A stretch of DNA of 64,000 nt from an uncultured bacterium. Lineage in GTDB: Bacteria > Babelota > Babeliae > Babelales > Vermiphilaceae. Shown piece after piece: positions 9,926 through 21,400 of this stretch; positions within the stretch are counted from its first letter, which is position 1, and each line of letters starts with the position of its first letter. Made by a program: the position numbers and the translations under genes. The stretch lies in NCBI GenBank assembly GCA_963702025.1, contig OY969699.1:192001-256000 (forward strand), given 5' to 3'. The notes under the pieces are model-generated. The model made no database searches. It was not told the DNA's origin and saw nothing but the letters and a program-made list of their open reading frames with translations.

Positions 9926-10215
9926 AAGATTCCTTCTTTCAGTATGTTCATTCTGAATCCCGCCGGAACACTATTAAGATCAACGACATCAACTTTTCGC
10001 AAAATATTTACTGCCTCAAGAACATTCTTTGCCATAGCAATCTCTGATATGTCTAATTGCCTGCCCATATCAAGTGCCAAATCTATATCCGATTCAAACT
10101 TATGAGTTCCTTTAGCTCTTGACCCAAATAAATATATCTTAACGCCAGGAAAAAGAGCGCTGAGCATACGAATAATCAAATCTTTTTGTGTAACATCACC
10201 ACTAATATTTTTCAT
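9913..10215 (-). CDS. Minimal nucleotidyltransferase antitoxin (MntA-like)
   Basis: LFGSRAKG...SDIDL and VDVVDL; 100 aa. Confidence 0.9.
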   Translation of the reverse strand: MKNISGDVTQKDLIIRMLSALFPGVKIYLFGSRAKGTHKFESDIDLALDMGRQLDISEIAMAKNVLEAVNILRKVDVVDLNSVPAGFRMNILKEGILWKE

Positions 10216-12935
10216 TTGGTAGTCTCTTTCCAGTTTTTACCAATCCGGGTACTTACCACTAACGGTACATTCCAATCGACAACATTTTCAAGAACCGTAG
10301 TAACTAATCCCGGCACCTTCTCTATTTCATCATGCGGCACTTCAATGAGAAGTTCGTCATGGATTTGCAAAACCATTTCACTGCGTAAATGCTCTTTTTT
10401 AAACGCGGTATCCAGATGCAGCATGCCGATTTTCATAATCTCGGCAGCAGTGCCTTGTGACACGGTATTAATAGCAACGCGACATGCTTCTTCATACATT
10501 GCACGATTTTTTTCATAAATAGCTGGTACATATCGGCGGCGACCCCAATGGGTTGTCACATACCCATGATGTTTTGTATCAATAATAACTTTTTCCATCC
10601 ACGCAGAAACGCCCGGGTATTGGGCAAAATATTTTTCTATGTATATTTTTGCATCTTTAAAGGGAATTTTTAAATCTTGCGATAGGCCGTAGGGCGTCAT
10701 GCCATATAAAACACTAAAATTAATACGTTTACCAATCTGGCGTTGCGCAGAGGTCACTTGATCAAGCGGCACATCAAACAATGCCGATGCAGTTTCAGTA
10801 TGAACATCACGGTTATTGAGGAATGCATCCATCAAATTTTTATCTTGGGATAAATAGGCAAGCACCCGAAGCTCAATTTGTGAATAATCGGCCGAAAGAA
10901 AAACATATCCTTCTCTAGGCGTAAACGCAGCACGAATTTCTATGCCGTGGCCATTATTTGTTGGAATATTCTGCAGGTTCGGCTCAGAACTGGCAAGCCG
11001 CCCGGTTGCCACTATCGTTTGGCTAAATGTTGTATGAATTTTTTTAGTGTGAGGGTTCACGTAATCGGGCAAAGCATCGATATACGTAGTTTTTAACTTG
11101 GAAAGTTCCCGATATTTCATTATTAACCGCGGCACCGGATGCAAGGCGCTTAAGAATTCTAAAACTTCCTGATCCGTTGAATAGCCTGTGCGTTTTGCAC
11201 TCTTTTTTTGTGGCGGCAATTGCAACTTCACAAATAAAAGTTGTTCAACCTGACGCGGCGAATTAAGATTTAACTCGGCCATGCTCATGCCAACCAGATC
11301 ACCAATCTCTTTGATGATATCAGCTAATTCAGCATCAACTTTTTTCCCGAGCTGGGCAAGCAAACTGGTATTAAGGCATATTCCTTCAACTTCCATTTCA
11401 TACAAAATCTGACTGAGGGGATGCTCAATGGTGTAATATAAATCTAAAAGTTTTTCTTCTTTTAATGCTTTTTCCAAAAGTGGCTTTAAGCGGAATGTTT
11501 GATGTGCGTCAGCAGCGGCATATTTTGTTGCCAATTCAAGCGGCACATAGGAAAAGTTTTTGTATTTATTATCTTTTACCACTTCCTGAAATGTTAACAT
11601 CGGTTCATTAAAATAATGCTCCGAAAGATATTTTAACCCAATCCGCTGCCAATCTTTGGTGACTAAGTTAGCGGCAATAAGCGTATCAAAAATAATGCCA
11701 TTCACTTCCAAGCCAATCCCATGCAGCGCCTCTTGATCAAATTTTGCACTATGAAAAATTTTCTGGATTTGAGCATCTGCCAAAATAGGCTTCAGAGTTT
11801 CAACCACATAATCTTGCGAAAGTTGTTGCACATTTTTATGGCCAAATGGCAGATAGTAAGCCGTTCCTTCTTGAACACAGAATGAAATGCCAACACAAGA
11901 ATTTTTCACCAGCGGATACCAGCCATTTGTCTCAGTATCAAGAGCAACCAGTTTGCGCTGCTTGATTAAGGAGCACAGATGGTTAAGCTGATCAATGCTT
12001 ACAATAGTGATAAATTCATAGCCAACCATTTTTTGTGCAATTTCTAGCTGAACACCTTTTTCTACCTCATTGGTGACTTCCAAATCTTTGAGTAATGTCT
12101 TAAAATCAAGTTCAGCAAATAACGGACGTGCTTTTTCCCAATTTTTTGCACTAAATTGCAAATCATCAAATGAAAGCCCTGATGGATGCATTTGCAAAAG
12201 AAAAAGTTTATAACTTAAAAAGGCGTTGTCTTTATGCGTTATTAAAGCAGCGCGCATGCGATCTTTAGAAACCTTGTCTAAATGTTCATAAACATCTTCT
12301 AAAGAATTAAATTGTGTTACTAGTTCGAGCGCTCCCTTATCACCAATTCCTTTAACACCGGGAATATTATCGGAAGTATCACCAAGAATGGCAAAATAGA
12401 AGGGCAATTTACTAATGGGAAGCCCCATCTTTTTTTCAAATTTTTCTTGATTAAAAAATTCATCTTTCCAAGGATCAAAGAGCACTATTGTATCATTTTC
12501 AATCGTCTGGCCCATATCTTTATCGGAAGTTACCAAGACAACATTATGGCCCAACTTTTTTTGCTCCTGCGCAATGGAATACATAATATCATCCGCTTCA
12601 ATGCCTTGCTGCGCAACTTGCTTCAATCCAATCAAATCGGCAAATTGAATAATGTATGCTTTTTGTTCAAATATATCGCTGGGCGGCGCTTGGCGAGTTG
12701 CTTTGTATTCCTGATACATTTCATGGCGCGTCGTTTTTCCTTTGCTATCCCAGACAATAGCAATATGCTCCGGCTTAAATGTGTCAATTAATTTTTTAAT
12801 CATGCGGCAGAAACTATAGACCGCTTGCACCGGGATCCCTTTGGCCGTATGCAAGGGGCGAACGCCATAATAAGCTCGATACAAAAATGAAGAACCATCG
12901 ATGAGAAATACTGTTTTTTTGGGATCAAAATTCAT
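10212..12935 (-). CDS. polA: DNA polymerase I
   Basis: 5'-nuclease (LIDGSS, EADD, GDTSDNIPGV), 3'-5' exonuclease (DTET, YAAAD), polymerase (DYSQIELR, QIHDEL). Confidence 0.98.
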   Translation of the reverse strand: MNFDPKKTVFLIDGSSFLYRAYYGVRPLHTAKGIPVQAVYSFCRMIKKLIDTFKPEHIAIVWDSKGKTTRHEMYQEYKATRQAPPSDIFEQKAYIIQFADLIGLKQVAQQGIEADDIMYSIAQEQKKLGHNVVLVTSDKDMGQTIENDTIVLFDPWKDEFFNQEKFEKKMGLPISKLPFYFAILGDTSDNIPGVKGIGDKGALELVTQFNSLEDVYEHLDKVSKDRMRAALITHKDNAFLSYKLFLLQMHPSGLSFDDLQFSAKNWEKARPLFAELDFKTLLKDLEVTNEVEKGVQLEIAQKMVGYEFITIVSIDQLNHLCSLIKQRKLVALDTETNGWYPLVKNSCVGISFCVQEGTAYYLPFGHKNVQQLSQDYVVETLKPILADAQIQKIFHSAKFDQEALHGIGLEVNGIIFDTLIAANLVTKDWQRIGLKYLSEHYFNEPMLTFQEVVKDNKYKNFSYVPLELATKYAAADAHQTFRLKPLLEKALKEEKLLDLYYTIEHPLSQILYEMEVEGICLNTSLLAQLGKKVDAELADIIKEIGDLVGMSMAELNLNSPRQVEQLLFVKLQLPPQKKSAKRTGYSTDQEVLEFLSALHPVPRLIMKYRELSKLKTTYIDALPDYVNPHTKKIHTTFSQTIVATGRLASSEPNLQNIPTNNGHGIEIRAAFTPREGYVFLSADYSQIELRVLAYLSQDKNLMDAFLNNRDVHTETASALFDVPLDQVTSAQRQIGKRINFSVLYGMTPYGLSQDLKIPFKDAKIYIEKYFAQYPGVSAWMEKVIIDTKHHGYVTTHWGRRRYVPAIYEKNRAMYEEACRVAINTVSQGTAAEIMKIGMLHLDTAFKKEHLRSEMVLQIHDELLIEVPHDEIEKVPGLVTTVLENVVDWNVPLVVSTRIGKNWKETTK

Positions 12936-12984
12936 TTGTTTTTACCTTTGGACGCATAGCGCGCTTTTCTCGTCATGCCACTAT

Positions 12985-13542
12985 CTAAGCGGTGGCAAGT
13001 TTCTTGTAAATTTCTTTTGCTACTGATGGCGATACATAATCCTTCGCGTCTTTAAATTGTGCCTCAGGCAATGCTTGACCACCAATTTTTGTTAATCTAT
13101 AAATAGTAGCTTGTAATAAACTTTTTTCAACTCCAAGCGACTTCAACTCTTTGTAGCCAAATTCGCGCGCGCCAAATGTTTCAATAATTTTTTTTAATAA
13201 CAATTCATCGCCGTGACCAATAACTGAACTGGCAAAAACAAATTCGTAATGGCCCAACTGCCACAAAATTGCCTTGGGTATGTTGTTACGCATTTCCAAA
13301 AAGAATCCTTGGGATGTTTGGCTTTCATCCGGCTTGCAACATTCAGGCCGACGCAAATCAAGGGTAACAGCTTTTCCCGAATGCTCTTTTTTTATAGATT
13401 CTGCTAAATCGATAATTTTATTTTTAATATTTATTACTATCTTATAATCTTCAAGATAGATGCGATCCGATGCCTCTTTTTCTTCCATAGCACACGCAGC
13501 AAGATTCAATATGCTCAAAAAATAGATTAATCTTTTCATCAT
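12985..13542 (-). CDS. Hypothetical exported protein (possible lipoprotein)
   Basis: Signal peptide ending LAACA-MEE; AGGAG RBS. Confidence 0.7.
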   Translation of the reverse strand: MMKRLIYFLSILNLAACAMEEKEASDRIYLEDYKIVINIKNKIIDLAESIKKEHSGKAVTLDLRRPECCKPDESQTSQGFFLEMRNNIPKAILWQLGHYEFVFASSVIGHGDELLLKKIIETFGAREFGYKELKSLGVEKSLLQATIYRLTKIGGQALPEAQFKDAKDYVSPSVAKEIYKKLATA

Positions 13543-13628
13543 AATACTCCTGATAAAAATAATGATTCATCTCACTTTTTTGTTGGTATACTATCTTTAA
13601 GTTAATACCTTTTATTCAGCGATGGCAA

Positions 13629-15593
13629 ATGCATTATATTCATGTGAAACTTCTTAATGGGTTCCCGCAACCCTTAACCTATAAAGTCCCTCAACATTTG
13701 CAGGAAAACCTTATTGGCACCGTGGTGAAGGTTCCTCTTAAGGATCGTTTTGTTTCAGCATACGTCTTTGCACAATCAGAAAAACTTGCCACCATTCCCG
13801 CATTTATAATCAAAGAGATGCATTCGCGTGAACCTTTTCCGGCTGATACTCATTATCAGCAATTTCTTGCGCAACTGGGCTCCTATTATCAGGTTGACCC
13901 ACTTCATTTTGTAAAAAGAATTCGCAATTTTGTGAGTCAAGAAGCCGAACCGGAAATTGTATCTGCCCATCAAGTAGCCGGATCCTCAAAAGTTATTCAA
14001 CTCACCCAAGAGCAACAGCATATTGTTGATACGCTCAGCCCCTTCATTGCCCAAGATATTTTTTGCCCGGCACTGGTCCACGGCGTCACCGGTTCAGGTA
14101 AAACAGAAGTATACAAAGAGCTCATTATTAGAACTCTTGAGCAGAAAAAAACTGCGCTCTTACTCTTGCCGGAAGTGAGCCTGGCCTTACGCTTTGAACA
14201 ATTGCTCAAAATACAACTTCCGCAAATACCCATTTTTGGGTTTCACTCGGGAACGCGGCCCAAGGAAAAACGACAATTATGGCAGATGCTGCTGGCAGGA
14301 AAGCCGCTCTTAATCATCGGCGTTCACATTCCCATTTTACTGCCGATTGCTCATTTGGGTTGTATTATAGTTGATGAAGAACATGAGATTGGCTACCAAG
14401 AAAAAAAGCACCCGAAAGTAAATACCAAAGAAGCAGCGCTCATGCGCGCACAACTGAATAAAATTCCCATTGTGCTCGGATCGGCAACGCCATCAATCAG
14501 CTCACTACATCTGGCTAGAACTAAAAAGTGGCACTTTTTTTCGCTGCGCAATCGATTTGCCGGATCATTCCCCGAAATTAAAATTGTATTATTGCCCACC
14601 AAAGAACGCCGTTCCCATTTTTGGATAACCAAAGAACTTGAAGCAGCTATTAAAGATCGTTTGGCAAAAAAAGAACAAATTATCATTTTTTTAAATCGGC
14701 GCGGCTATAGCTTTTTTGTGCAATGCAAAGACTGCAGTTTTATTTTTGAATGTACCGCCTGCTCAGTGAGTCTCACGTTGCATAATACCAATGAACTCAC
14801 CTGCCATTATTGCGGCCGCAGCCAATCATTGCCCCAAACATGTCCTGGCTGCAAATCAAGTGGTCTTTTAAAAAAAGGAATTGGCACACAACAAGTAGTA
14901 ACTATCCTTGAAAATGTCTTTCCCGGAGCACGGGTAGGCCGGGCCGATATGGATGTGAGCAGCAAGAAAAAAATATGGCAACAAACTATGCATGATTTTG
15001 AAACCGGCGCTATTGATATTTTGGTTGGCACGCAAACAATTACCAAAGGGTTCCACTTCCCCAAAGTTACTTTGGTGGGCATTTTATGGGCAGATCTCAA
15101 TTTACATTTTCCATTTTACAATGCCGCCGAAACAAGTTTGCAACAATTGATTCAAGTGGCCGGCCGTGCGGGAAGAGAATATGCGGGCAGCCAAGTGATT
15201 GTGCAAACCATGATGCGCCATCCAATATTTAACTATGTGAATGAAGTTAACTATCTTGATTATTTCGAATACGAAATGGGTATTCGCGCCATGGTAAAAT
15301 ATCCGCCCATTATTCGTCTAGTGGAAATAGAGATTAAAAACACCAATGAAACTGAGTGTGATGACGAATCGCTACAAATAGCTGAAATATTATTGCAAAT
15401 CATTGAAAAAAATAAATATCAAATCACTCTTTTGGGCCCGGCAAAACCATCGGTGGCAAAAATAAAAAATATTCACTCGCGCAAGATATTTTTAAAAAGT
15501 GATTCGATTGCGCAATTAATTAATGCCTTCAGGCACATTGATTGCACACGATTCAAGAGCCACATTTTTTTTACACCAAATCCTAATAGTTAG
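13629..15593 (+). CDS. priA: Primosomal protein N' (replication restart helicase)
   Basis: GVTGSGKT, DEEH, SATPS, four CxxC motifs, QVAGRAGR. Confidence 0.96.
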   Translation: MHYIHVKLLNGFPQPLTYKVPQHLQENLIGTVVKVPLKDRFVSAYVFAQSEKLATIPAFIIKEMHSREPFPADTHYQQFLAQLGSYYQVDPLHFVKRIRNFVSQEAEPEIVSAHQVAGSSKVIQLTQEQQHIVDTLSPFIAQDIFCPALVHGVTGSGKTEVYKELIIRTLEQKKTALLLLPEVSLALRFEQLLKIQLPQIPIFGFHSGTRPKEKRQLWQMLLAGKPLLIIGVHIPILLPIAHLGCIIVDEEHEIGYQEKKHPKVNTKEAALMRAQLNKIPIVLGSATPSISSLHLARTKKWHFFSLRNRFAGSFPEIKIVLLPTKERRSHFWITKELEAAIKDRLAKKEQIIIFLNRRGYSFFVQCKDCSFIFECTACSVSLTLHNTNELTCHYCGRSQSLPQTCPGCKSSGLLKKGIGTQQVVTILENVFPGARVGRADMDVSSKKKIWQQTMHDFETGAIDILVGTQTITKGFHFPKVTLVGILWADLNLHFPFYNAAETSLQQLIQVAGRAGREYAGSQVIVQTMMRHPIFNYVNEVNYLDYFEYEMGIRAMVKYPPIIRLVEIEIKNTNETECDDESLQIAEILLQIIEKNKYQITLLGPAKPSVAKIKNIHSRKIFLKSDSIAQLINAFRHIDCTRFKSHIFFTPNPNS

Positions 15594-15842
15594 AGCGAAT
15601 TCGAGCTAAAACTACAGACACCGATTGAAAAAGGTCGCTCGTGGTGAGTGCGAACGCAGTGAGCGTATCGAACCATGCGGCCTAAAAGGAAGCACTTATT
15701 GACAATGATTGTGGCTCTTTAAAATTGTTAGCAAAAAAGAAATTTTATTAATAAATATTTATTAAACCCGCATGGTTCGATACGATTGCTTCGCAATCAC
15801 TCACCACGAGCGGGTTTTAGTTCTTAGCTCGAATTGGCGTTA
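15591..15842. mobile_element. MITE-like non-autonomous element containing an inverted pair of REP-like units
   Basis: 12-bp perfect IR aattcgagctaa (15598-15609)/ttagctcgaatt (15824-15835); TA at both symmetric ends; inner inverted units at 15636-15680 and 15768-15812. Confidence 0.65.
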
Positions 15843-15897
15843 GTTAGCAGTTTTTTTAGGCTAACGTCATTTTTGCAAATCATTATATCTTCAAGAT

Positions 15898-15923
15898 CCG
15901 TTCGCCTCCATCGACCCGAACGG
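15898..15923. repeat. Collapsed remnant of the REP-like family
   Basis: ccgttcg...cgaacgg inverted ends like those of the other copies. Confidence 0.45.
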
Positions 15924-15959
15924 GGAGGGTTCTTAGAAAAAGTCTAATTTATATTCACT

Positions 15960-16826
15960 CTACACGCTGTATTGCGGCCTGATACCAAACCCTAAATTCA
16001 TTGGACCACGATCGCAGCGGGCAATCTTTCCTTGCAACGGCAAATCCATCTGACTAGTAACCCCATAAAAATAGATCTCCTTTTCATTTTTTATCAATGC
16101 GTATTTACCATCATAAGTTGTTACCAAAGTAATATAACCATCATTAACATTGAGTGATCTAAAATCGGTCTCAAAATTATTAAATTTTTCAAACTCATTT
16201 TCTCGAATAAAAAATGCATTCACAGTGGTAAGCGCTACCAGTTTATATCCTTTTGTTTGAGCAATTCTGGCAAGCGCCGCTGCGGATGAGCCAAAGTTGT
16301 TATTACTGCAATATGGCGCAAATACATCGTAATGAATGGGAATGGTGGGATTATATTCGCAGATTATTACCCGTGGGCGTATTTTTTCTAGGCTATTAAA
16401 TATGTGATAATCGTTGCCATCCACATCAATAGAAAGAAGATCAATCGGTTCGGTAATATTAAATTTTTCCAAAACAGCTTCTAAGCAGTCTGCTTTTTCT
16501 ATGCCAACCCACGCGCACACGGCAAGAACATTAAATTGAGCCGCCGTTTTAGCAAGCTGCTCAAAGCGGTTTACATTGCCCTCAATTAATACCGCTCGCC
16601 AAGAGAGATCGCCAATCCATAACTTGGCAGTATTAGAAAGGTGAATGCCGTCCCATGCGCCAAATTCAACCGCTAGTTTTGATTCGGGGCCAATTATTTC
16701 AAATATTTTTTTGATAATACCATCCTCACCAAATTGTGAATACATATTTTGCGCATACTCAATTAAGCGCTCTTTTGCGTGGCACACGAATGAGCAAAAA
16801 ATGAGTATGGTGATAATTTTTCTCAT
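15960..16826 (-). CDS. FkbM-like SAM-dependent methyltransferase with signal peptide
   Basis: YSQFGEDGII, VEFGAWDG, LIEG, DLLSIDVDGND, PRVIICEYN. Confidence 0.8.
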   Translation of the reverse strand: MRKIITILIFCSFVCHAKERLIEYAQNMYSQFGEDGIIKKIFEIIGPESKLAVEFGAWDGIHLSNTAKLWIGDLSWRAVLIEGNVNRFEQLAKTAAQFNVLAVCAWVGIEKADCLEAVLEKFNITEPIDLLSIDVDGNDYHIFNSLEKIRPRVIICEYNPTIPIHYDVFAPYCSNNNFGSSAAALARIAQTKGYKLVALTTVNAFFIRENEFEKFNNFETDFRSLNVNDGYITLVTTYDGKYALIKNEKEIYFYGVTSQMDLPLQGKIARCDRGPMNLGFGIRPQYSV

Positions 16827-16954
16827 GAGTTATTTCCTTTTTATAATAAACCCGGGCAAAATTTGTCCCTTACGATAAAACACACTATTTTACAAAAATA
16901 ACAAGCGAAATATAATTTTAAAAAAGTTTAATCACAAAAAAGGAAACGAGAAGC

Positions 16955-18091
16955 ATGAACAAAATTAATAGTATATTTTTTCTCATTCCATTCTTGATGG
17001 CCCAAACCGGTTATCCTTGTGTAATAACAAATGGGATTGAAGAGTGGCGCCGACTTGGCGATGGCATTATCACCGTTATCAAAGCAAAATATTATGCCCA
17101 GAAGTTTAAAATACCATTTTATTATAGCAACTTTCCGTATTGCCAGGATTTCCTTTTTTCCGACCAAGAAAAGGCTCTCACTGATAATCATAAAGCGAGC
17201 TTTAGCCGGATTATGATTATTAACGAAGAAAAAGATATTCAAGATGCTCTTGATGGCAACGAATCAATTTTATTCGTGACCCATTTCCTTTGCCCAACGC
17301 CCGATCTCTTTGACTTTATTAAAGATCCACAAAATGCTGATTTTTGTGCAACAATAGAAAAGATGTTCCAATTAAAAACACCCATAGAACCATTACCCAA
17401 AAAACCGAGCACGCTACATGTTGCCTTGCATGTGCGCAAAGGGGGCGGCTATGATTTTCCACTAGACTCGCAACAAGAATATACTCTTGATGCGCCGCTG
17501 CTCAAGAGCAAACAAATCTATATCCACCGAAAAAATCCCGGTATCGCCACCGATGATATTTGGCCCCTTACCGGTCTTGCCGGCCCTGGATTTACCACGC
17601 AAACAAAACTGCTGCTGTTTAAAAAAAATAATTATTCCGATTATATCTGGCCCATCAAGCTCCCGCCCGATCAATATTATATTGAACAAATAAAAGTATT
17701 AGTCAGCATGCTACCGCCGGAAAAACAACTGCAGATAATACTTTTTACCGACGATCCGAACCCGGAAGGCATAGTTGAGCGCTATTTACAAGCGCTGGGC
17801 AACCCATCAAAAATAGAATTCTACTTTCGAAAGTTTGATAATAAGCATAATCAAAACGTGGTTGAAGATCTTTTTTATCTGGCATCATGCGATTGCATTA
17901 TTAGCGCCTATTCATCATTTGCTTTGAGCGCACATCTGATAGGCCATCACTCAATAATTATTTGCCCTGAACATGCTATTACATTACCGGACAAAGTAAT
18001 TATTGATAAAATAAAAACAATCACTATTGAGAATGCCCATGATGCAGCTATGAGGAAAATAGTTAAAAAAGTTATGGCATTGAAAATTTAG
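16955..18091 (+). CDS. Glycosyltransferase, GT11/fucosyltransferase-like
   Basis: RLGD, LHVRKGGGYD (HVRRGD-like), LFTDD, DLFYLASCDCIISAYSSF; hydrophobic N-terminus. Confidence 0.7.
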   Translation: MNKINSIFFLIPFLMAQTGYPCVITNGIEEWRRLGDGIITVIKAKYYAQKFKIPFYYSNFPYCQDFLFSDQEKALTDNHKASFSRIMIINEEKDIQDALDGNESILFVTHFLCPTPDLFDFIKDPQNADFCATIEKMFQLKTPIEPLPKKPSTLHVALHVRKGGGYDFPLDSQQEYTLDAPLLKSKQIYIHRKNPGIATDDIWPLTGLAGPGFTTQTKLLLFKKNNYSDYIWPIKLPPDQYYIEQIKVLVSMLPPEKQLQIILFTDDPNPEGIVERYLQALGNPSKIEFYFRKFDNKHNQNVVEDLFYLASCDCIISAYSSFALSAHLIGHHSIIICPEHAITLPDKVIIDKIKTITIENAHDAAMRKIVKKVMALKI

Positions 18092-18438
18092 TTTATGAGT
18101 GTTGCATTAACAACAAGATGCTCGGTAAATTTGGCTTCCTTAAGAGAATAAATTCTATTGAGAGGTATTGTTTCTGTGGGAAACTCATGAGTTACTTTCC
18201 GTCCGCCTTCCCTTTCAACTTTAACACAAAAGTCAACATCTACACTATCCCAATTTTCCTGCACCAGTGTTGCGCTGAATCTTATGAGAGTACAACCAAT
18301 CTCTTTTTCAAAAAGCATTTGTTTCTGATTGAGTTGTAAAGTTTTTTCTATTATTCCATCACGCAAATGAAACTCCAATTTAGCAGCGCCATTTATAAAG
18401 ATTGGCAAAAGCATTAACATGAATAAAATTCTTTTCAT
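18088..18438 (-). CDS. Small exported beta-rich hypothetical protein
   Basis: Signal peptide; AAGGA RBS; 31 bp downstream of the fibre gene. Confidence 0.7.
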   Translation of the reverse strand: MKRILFMLMLLPIFINGAAKLEFHLRDGIIEKTLQLNQKQMLFEKEIGCTLIRFSATLVQENWDSVDVDFCVKVEREGGRKVTHEFPTETIPLNRIYSLKEAKFTEHLVVNATLIN

Positions 18439-18469
18439 CGCACATCATCCTTTTTTAGAAATATTTTTC

Positions 18470-21400
18470 TCAGATATTCTTTTCGCGTAATTCATTAACT
18501 TCATTTTGCAAAGCAGTTATCAGCATTTGTTGATCCTTAATTAACTGATTATGTTGTTGTACTTGATTAAGTAATGCTATAAATGCTTTATCTAATTGCA
18601 GGTAGTTACTCAATTTTCCATCAATCATACTGAGTAATTCCGGACAAAATTCAGCTGGATCATCAGGGGGCATCAACATAGCCTTAAGATCTCTTTCTCC
18701 AAATTGAGAACGATAAAAAACTGACTTGAGCTCCATCAACTTTTCTGATTGATTTCTGGTGAATTGATCATCAAGCGAATCTATTGCTAAAGATCTCACT
18801 CTTGGCGGTGGAGCAACAGCGCAGGCCGCGCACGGACCATAGACAACCGCTCCAAGAACCGGAGTATAACTTACGATTGTAAATGGATCAAAGCCCGGTA
18901 GCAACCCATGTATAAAGCAACCGGTTTCATTAACGAAACTTCCAAGCGTGACATCACTTCCAAAACTTTCAGAGACGGTTCCTATTGAAATGGCATTCAC
19001 CCCAAATGAAAGAGATGTGTCACCGATGGTAACATTACCCAATCCATTTGACGAACAATCAGCTCCTATTGCAATCCCACCCGCTCCATCCGAAACGGCA
19101 GCATCACCAATGGCAATTCCACCCAGCCCATCTGAAGAGGCGCCATTACCTATGGCAATTGCACCCGCACCAACTGTATCGGCCGCATTACCAATACAAA
19201 CGAGGCCAACCCCAAAAATGTCAATACCGTCACCAATTCCAACTGTTCCAGCACCGACAATACCCATAGCATTTCCAATTCCAACCGCACCAGCACCATC
19301 TACTGCAGCAGCCGCTCCCATACCAATGGTTCCCGCACCAACCACTCCAATAGCATCGCCTATCGCGATCGATCCCGCACCATCGGTAGTACCCGCATGC
19401 CCGATACAAATACTGGCAACCGCTGCCACTTCAGCCTCACCACCAATACAAATGCTGCCAACACCATTACAATCAACTGCTTGTCCAATAGCAATACTTT
19501 GTAGGCCATCAGTAACTGCTTCAGATCCTATGGTTATGGCCCCTTCACCGGTGGCATAAGTATTATACCCAACGAGCGTACAGGCAACTCCAACCGCTTC
19601 ACATTTTGCGCCGATTGCCGTAAGAAGTTCATCAGCAGAATAATAGATTGCTGAAAATCCCACGGCGGTGTTAAAGTACCCTTCTACGTTGGTTGCCATT
19701 GCCATAGAGCCCACGGCAACATTATAATTACCATATGATTCTTCCATAGCGTGCCATCCAACGGCAGTATTATCATACATAGGATTTAAGTGACTCAGAC
19801 TAACGGTTTTATTACCGCCCAGTGTTTCAACACCAACCGCCGTACAATTATAGGCAAAAACGGTATTTCTAATAGCACTATCCCCAACAGCTACATTATC
19901 CTTGCCATAATACATGCCGGATAGCGCGCTCGCCCCGCACGTTGTATTACCCGATGATAAATTAAGATATTTATTGTTCATCGCATCATTACCAATAACG
20001 GTATTTGAATAATTATAATAAGAATAAGCTCCACTCATGGTGTTATTGCCATGTGTCACATTATCAAAGCTAAAATAGTGGTTCTTGAGCGTATTATTAC
20101 CAATAGCAACATTTTCATAGCAAAATATCGGGCGCTGAAGACTGCTATTACCAATCGAAATATTACCATACTGGAAAGGGAAATAGGGGACCGTGAAGCT
20201 GGGAATAGAGTGGCCGGGAAAAATAAATGGGTATATGTCCGAGAAGCAAACTTTATATGATATCGGAATGTGCGGGAGACTAAAGGTGTAGCAAAGATTT
20301 CCGGTTAGCTGTCCCGGCCCTTGCAAGGCATTTACTCCAACCGCAATGTTCTCATAACTGAATGTGCTATATTGCATCGTGTCAGTTCCAAGAGCAGTAT
20401 TGCTATGAGCATAAAGATGCTGAGTTGGAATTATTGGGTTGCTTGGTGCAATGGAAATTGTTTGTAGATTTTCCATTGAATGGGTGCCAACTGCCGTAAG
20501 TTCCGTACCAAAATCACTCGCTTGCAACGCATACGATCCAACAGCAAGATTTTCATCAACTTGATTGGTATAGAGCGCTTGCCAACCGACTGCGGTATTT
20601 TCAGATGCCGGATCAACGGAATATAAAGTAAACGCACCTAATGCAGTATTGCCATCCCCGGAGGTCATTTGATTCATGGAAGAGCACCCCAAGGCAGTAT
20701 CGTTGGTGCCGGTTTGATTATTTTGCATAGCGCCTTCGCCAATGGCGGTATTTGAGGTGCCGTTGGCTACCGGATTGGTATTATCGCCAACCGAGAGATT
20801 ACAGTTGGCCAGATTCGTGGATACCACCGGGTTGCCATTTATACTAAAATATGAATAGGTAATAATTGGCCCTTGCGCACTAATACCGCCGCAAACATAG
20901 AGATCTTTGCCAATACCAACACCGCCATCAACTACCAATGCACCATTATTGCAGGCACTGCTATCGGTAGTATTAAAAATATGTTCTTTGCCACAGATAT
21001 TTAAATTGCCACCAATTCCTTCACCACCGGCCACGACTAATGCCCCATTGGTGCACGCTGTGCTTTGTGCCGTATCAAAAATATTAACCATTCCGCAAAT
21101 ATTTGCGCCGCTTGCTATTCCTACTGAACCATCAACAATCAACGCGCCACCTGAGCAGGTTGAATCCGAAGCGGTGCTAAAGATATGGGTTGTGCCGCAT
21201 ACATTAAGATCGCCACCGATCCCAAGGCCACCGGCAACAACAAGCGCACCCGATCCACAATCATTACTTTGTTGAGTGCTGCCCACGGTGATACCACCAC
21301 ACACATTTAAATCTTGGCCAATACCAACACCACCGCCAACCACTAATGCGCCATGTTGACAATCGATACTTGGCGTTAAGTTATTAATATGTTCGGTGCC

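Noticed and set aside
13360..13440. Segment IKNKIIDLAESIKKEHSGK resembling the HPRT N-terminal helix
   Set aside because: No PRPP-binding motif follows; the similarity is too short
18470..18800. C-terminus of the large fibre protein as an active S74 self-cleaving chaperone
   Set aside because: Position and coiled coil are suggestive, but the Ser-Asp-x-x-x-Lys cleavage motif is not visible; left unassigned
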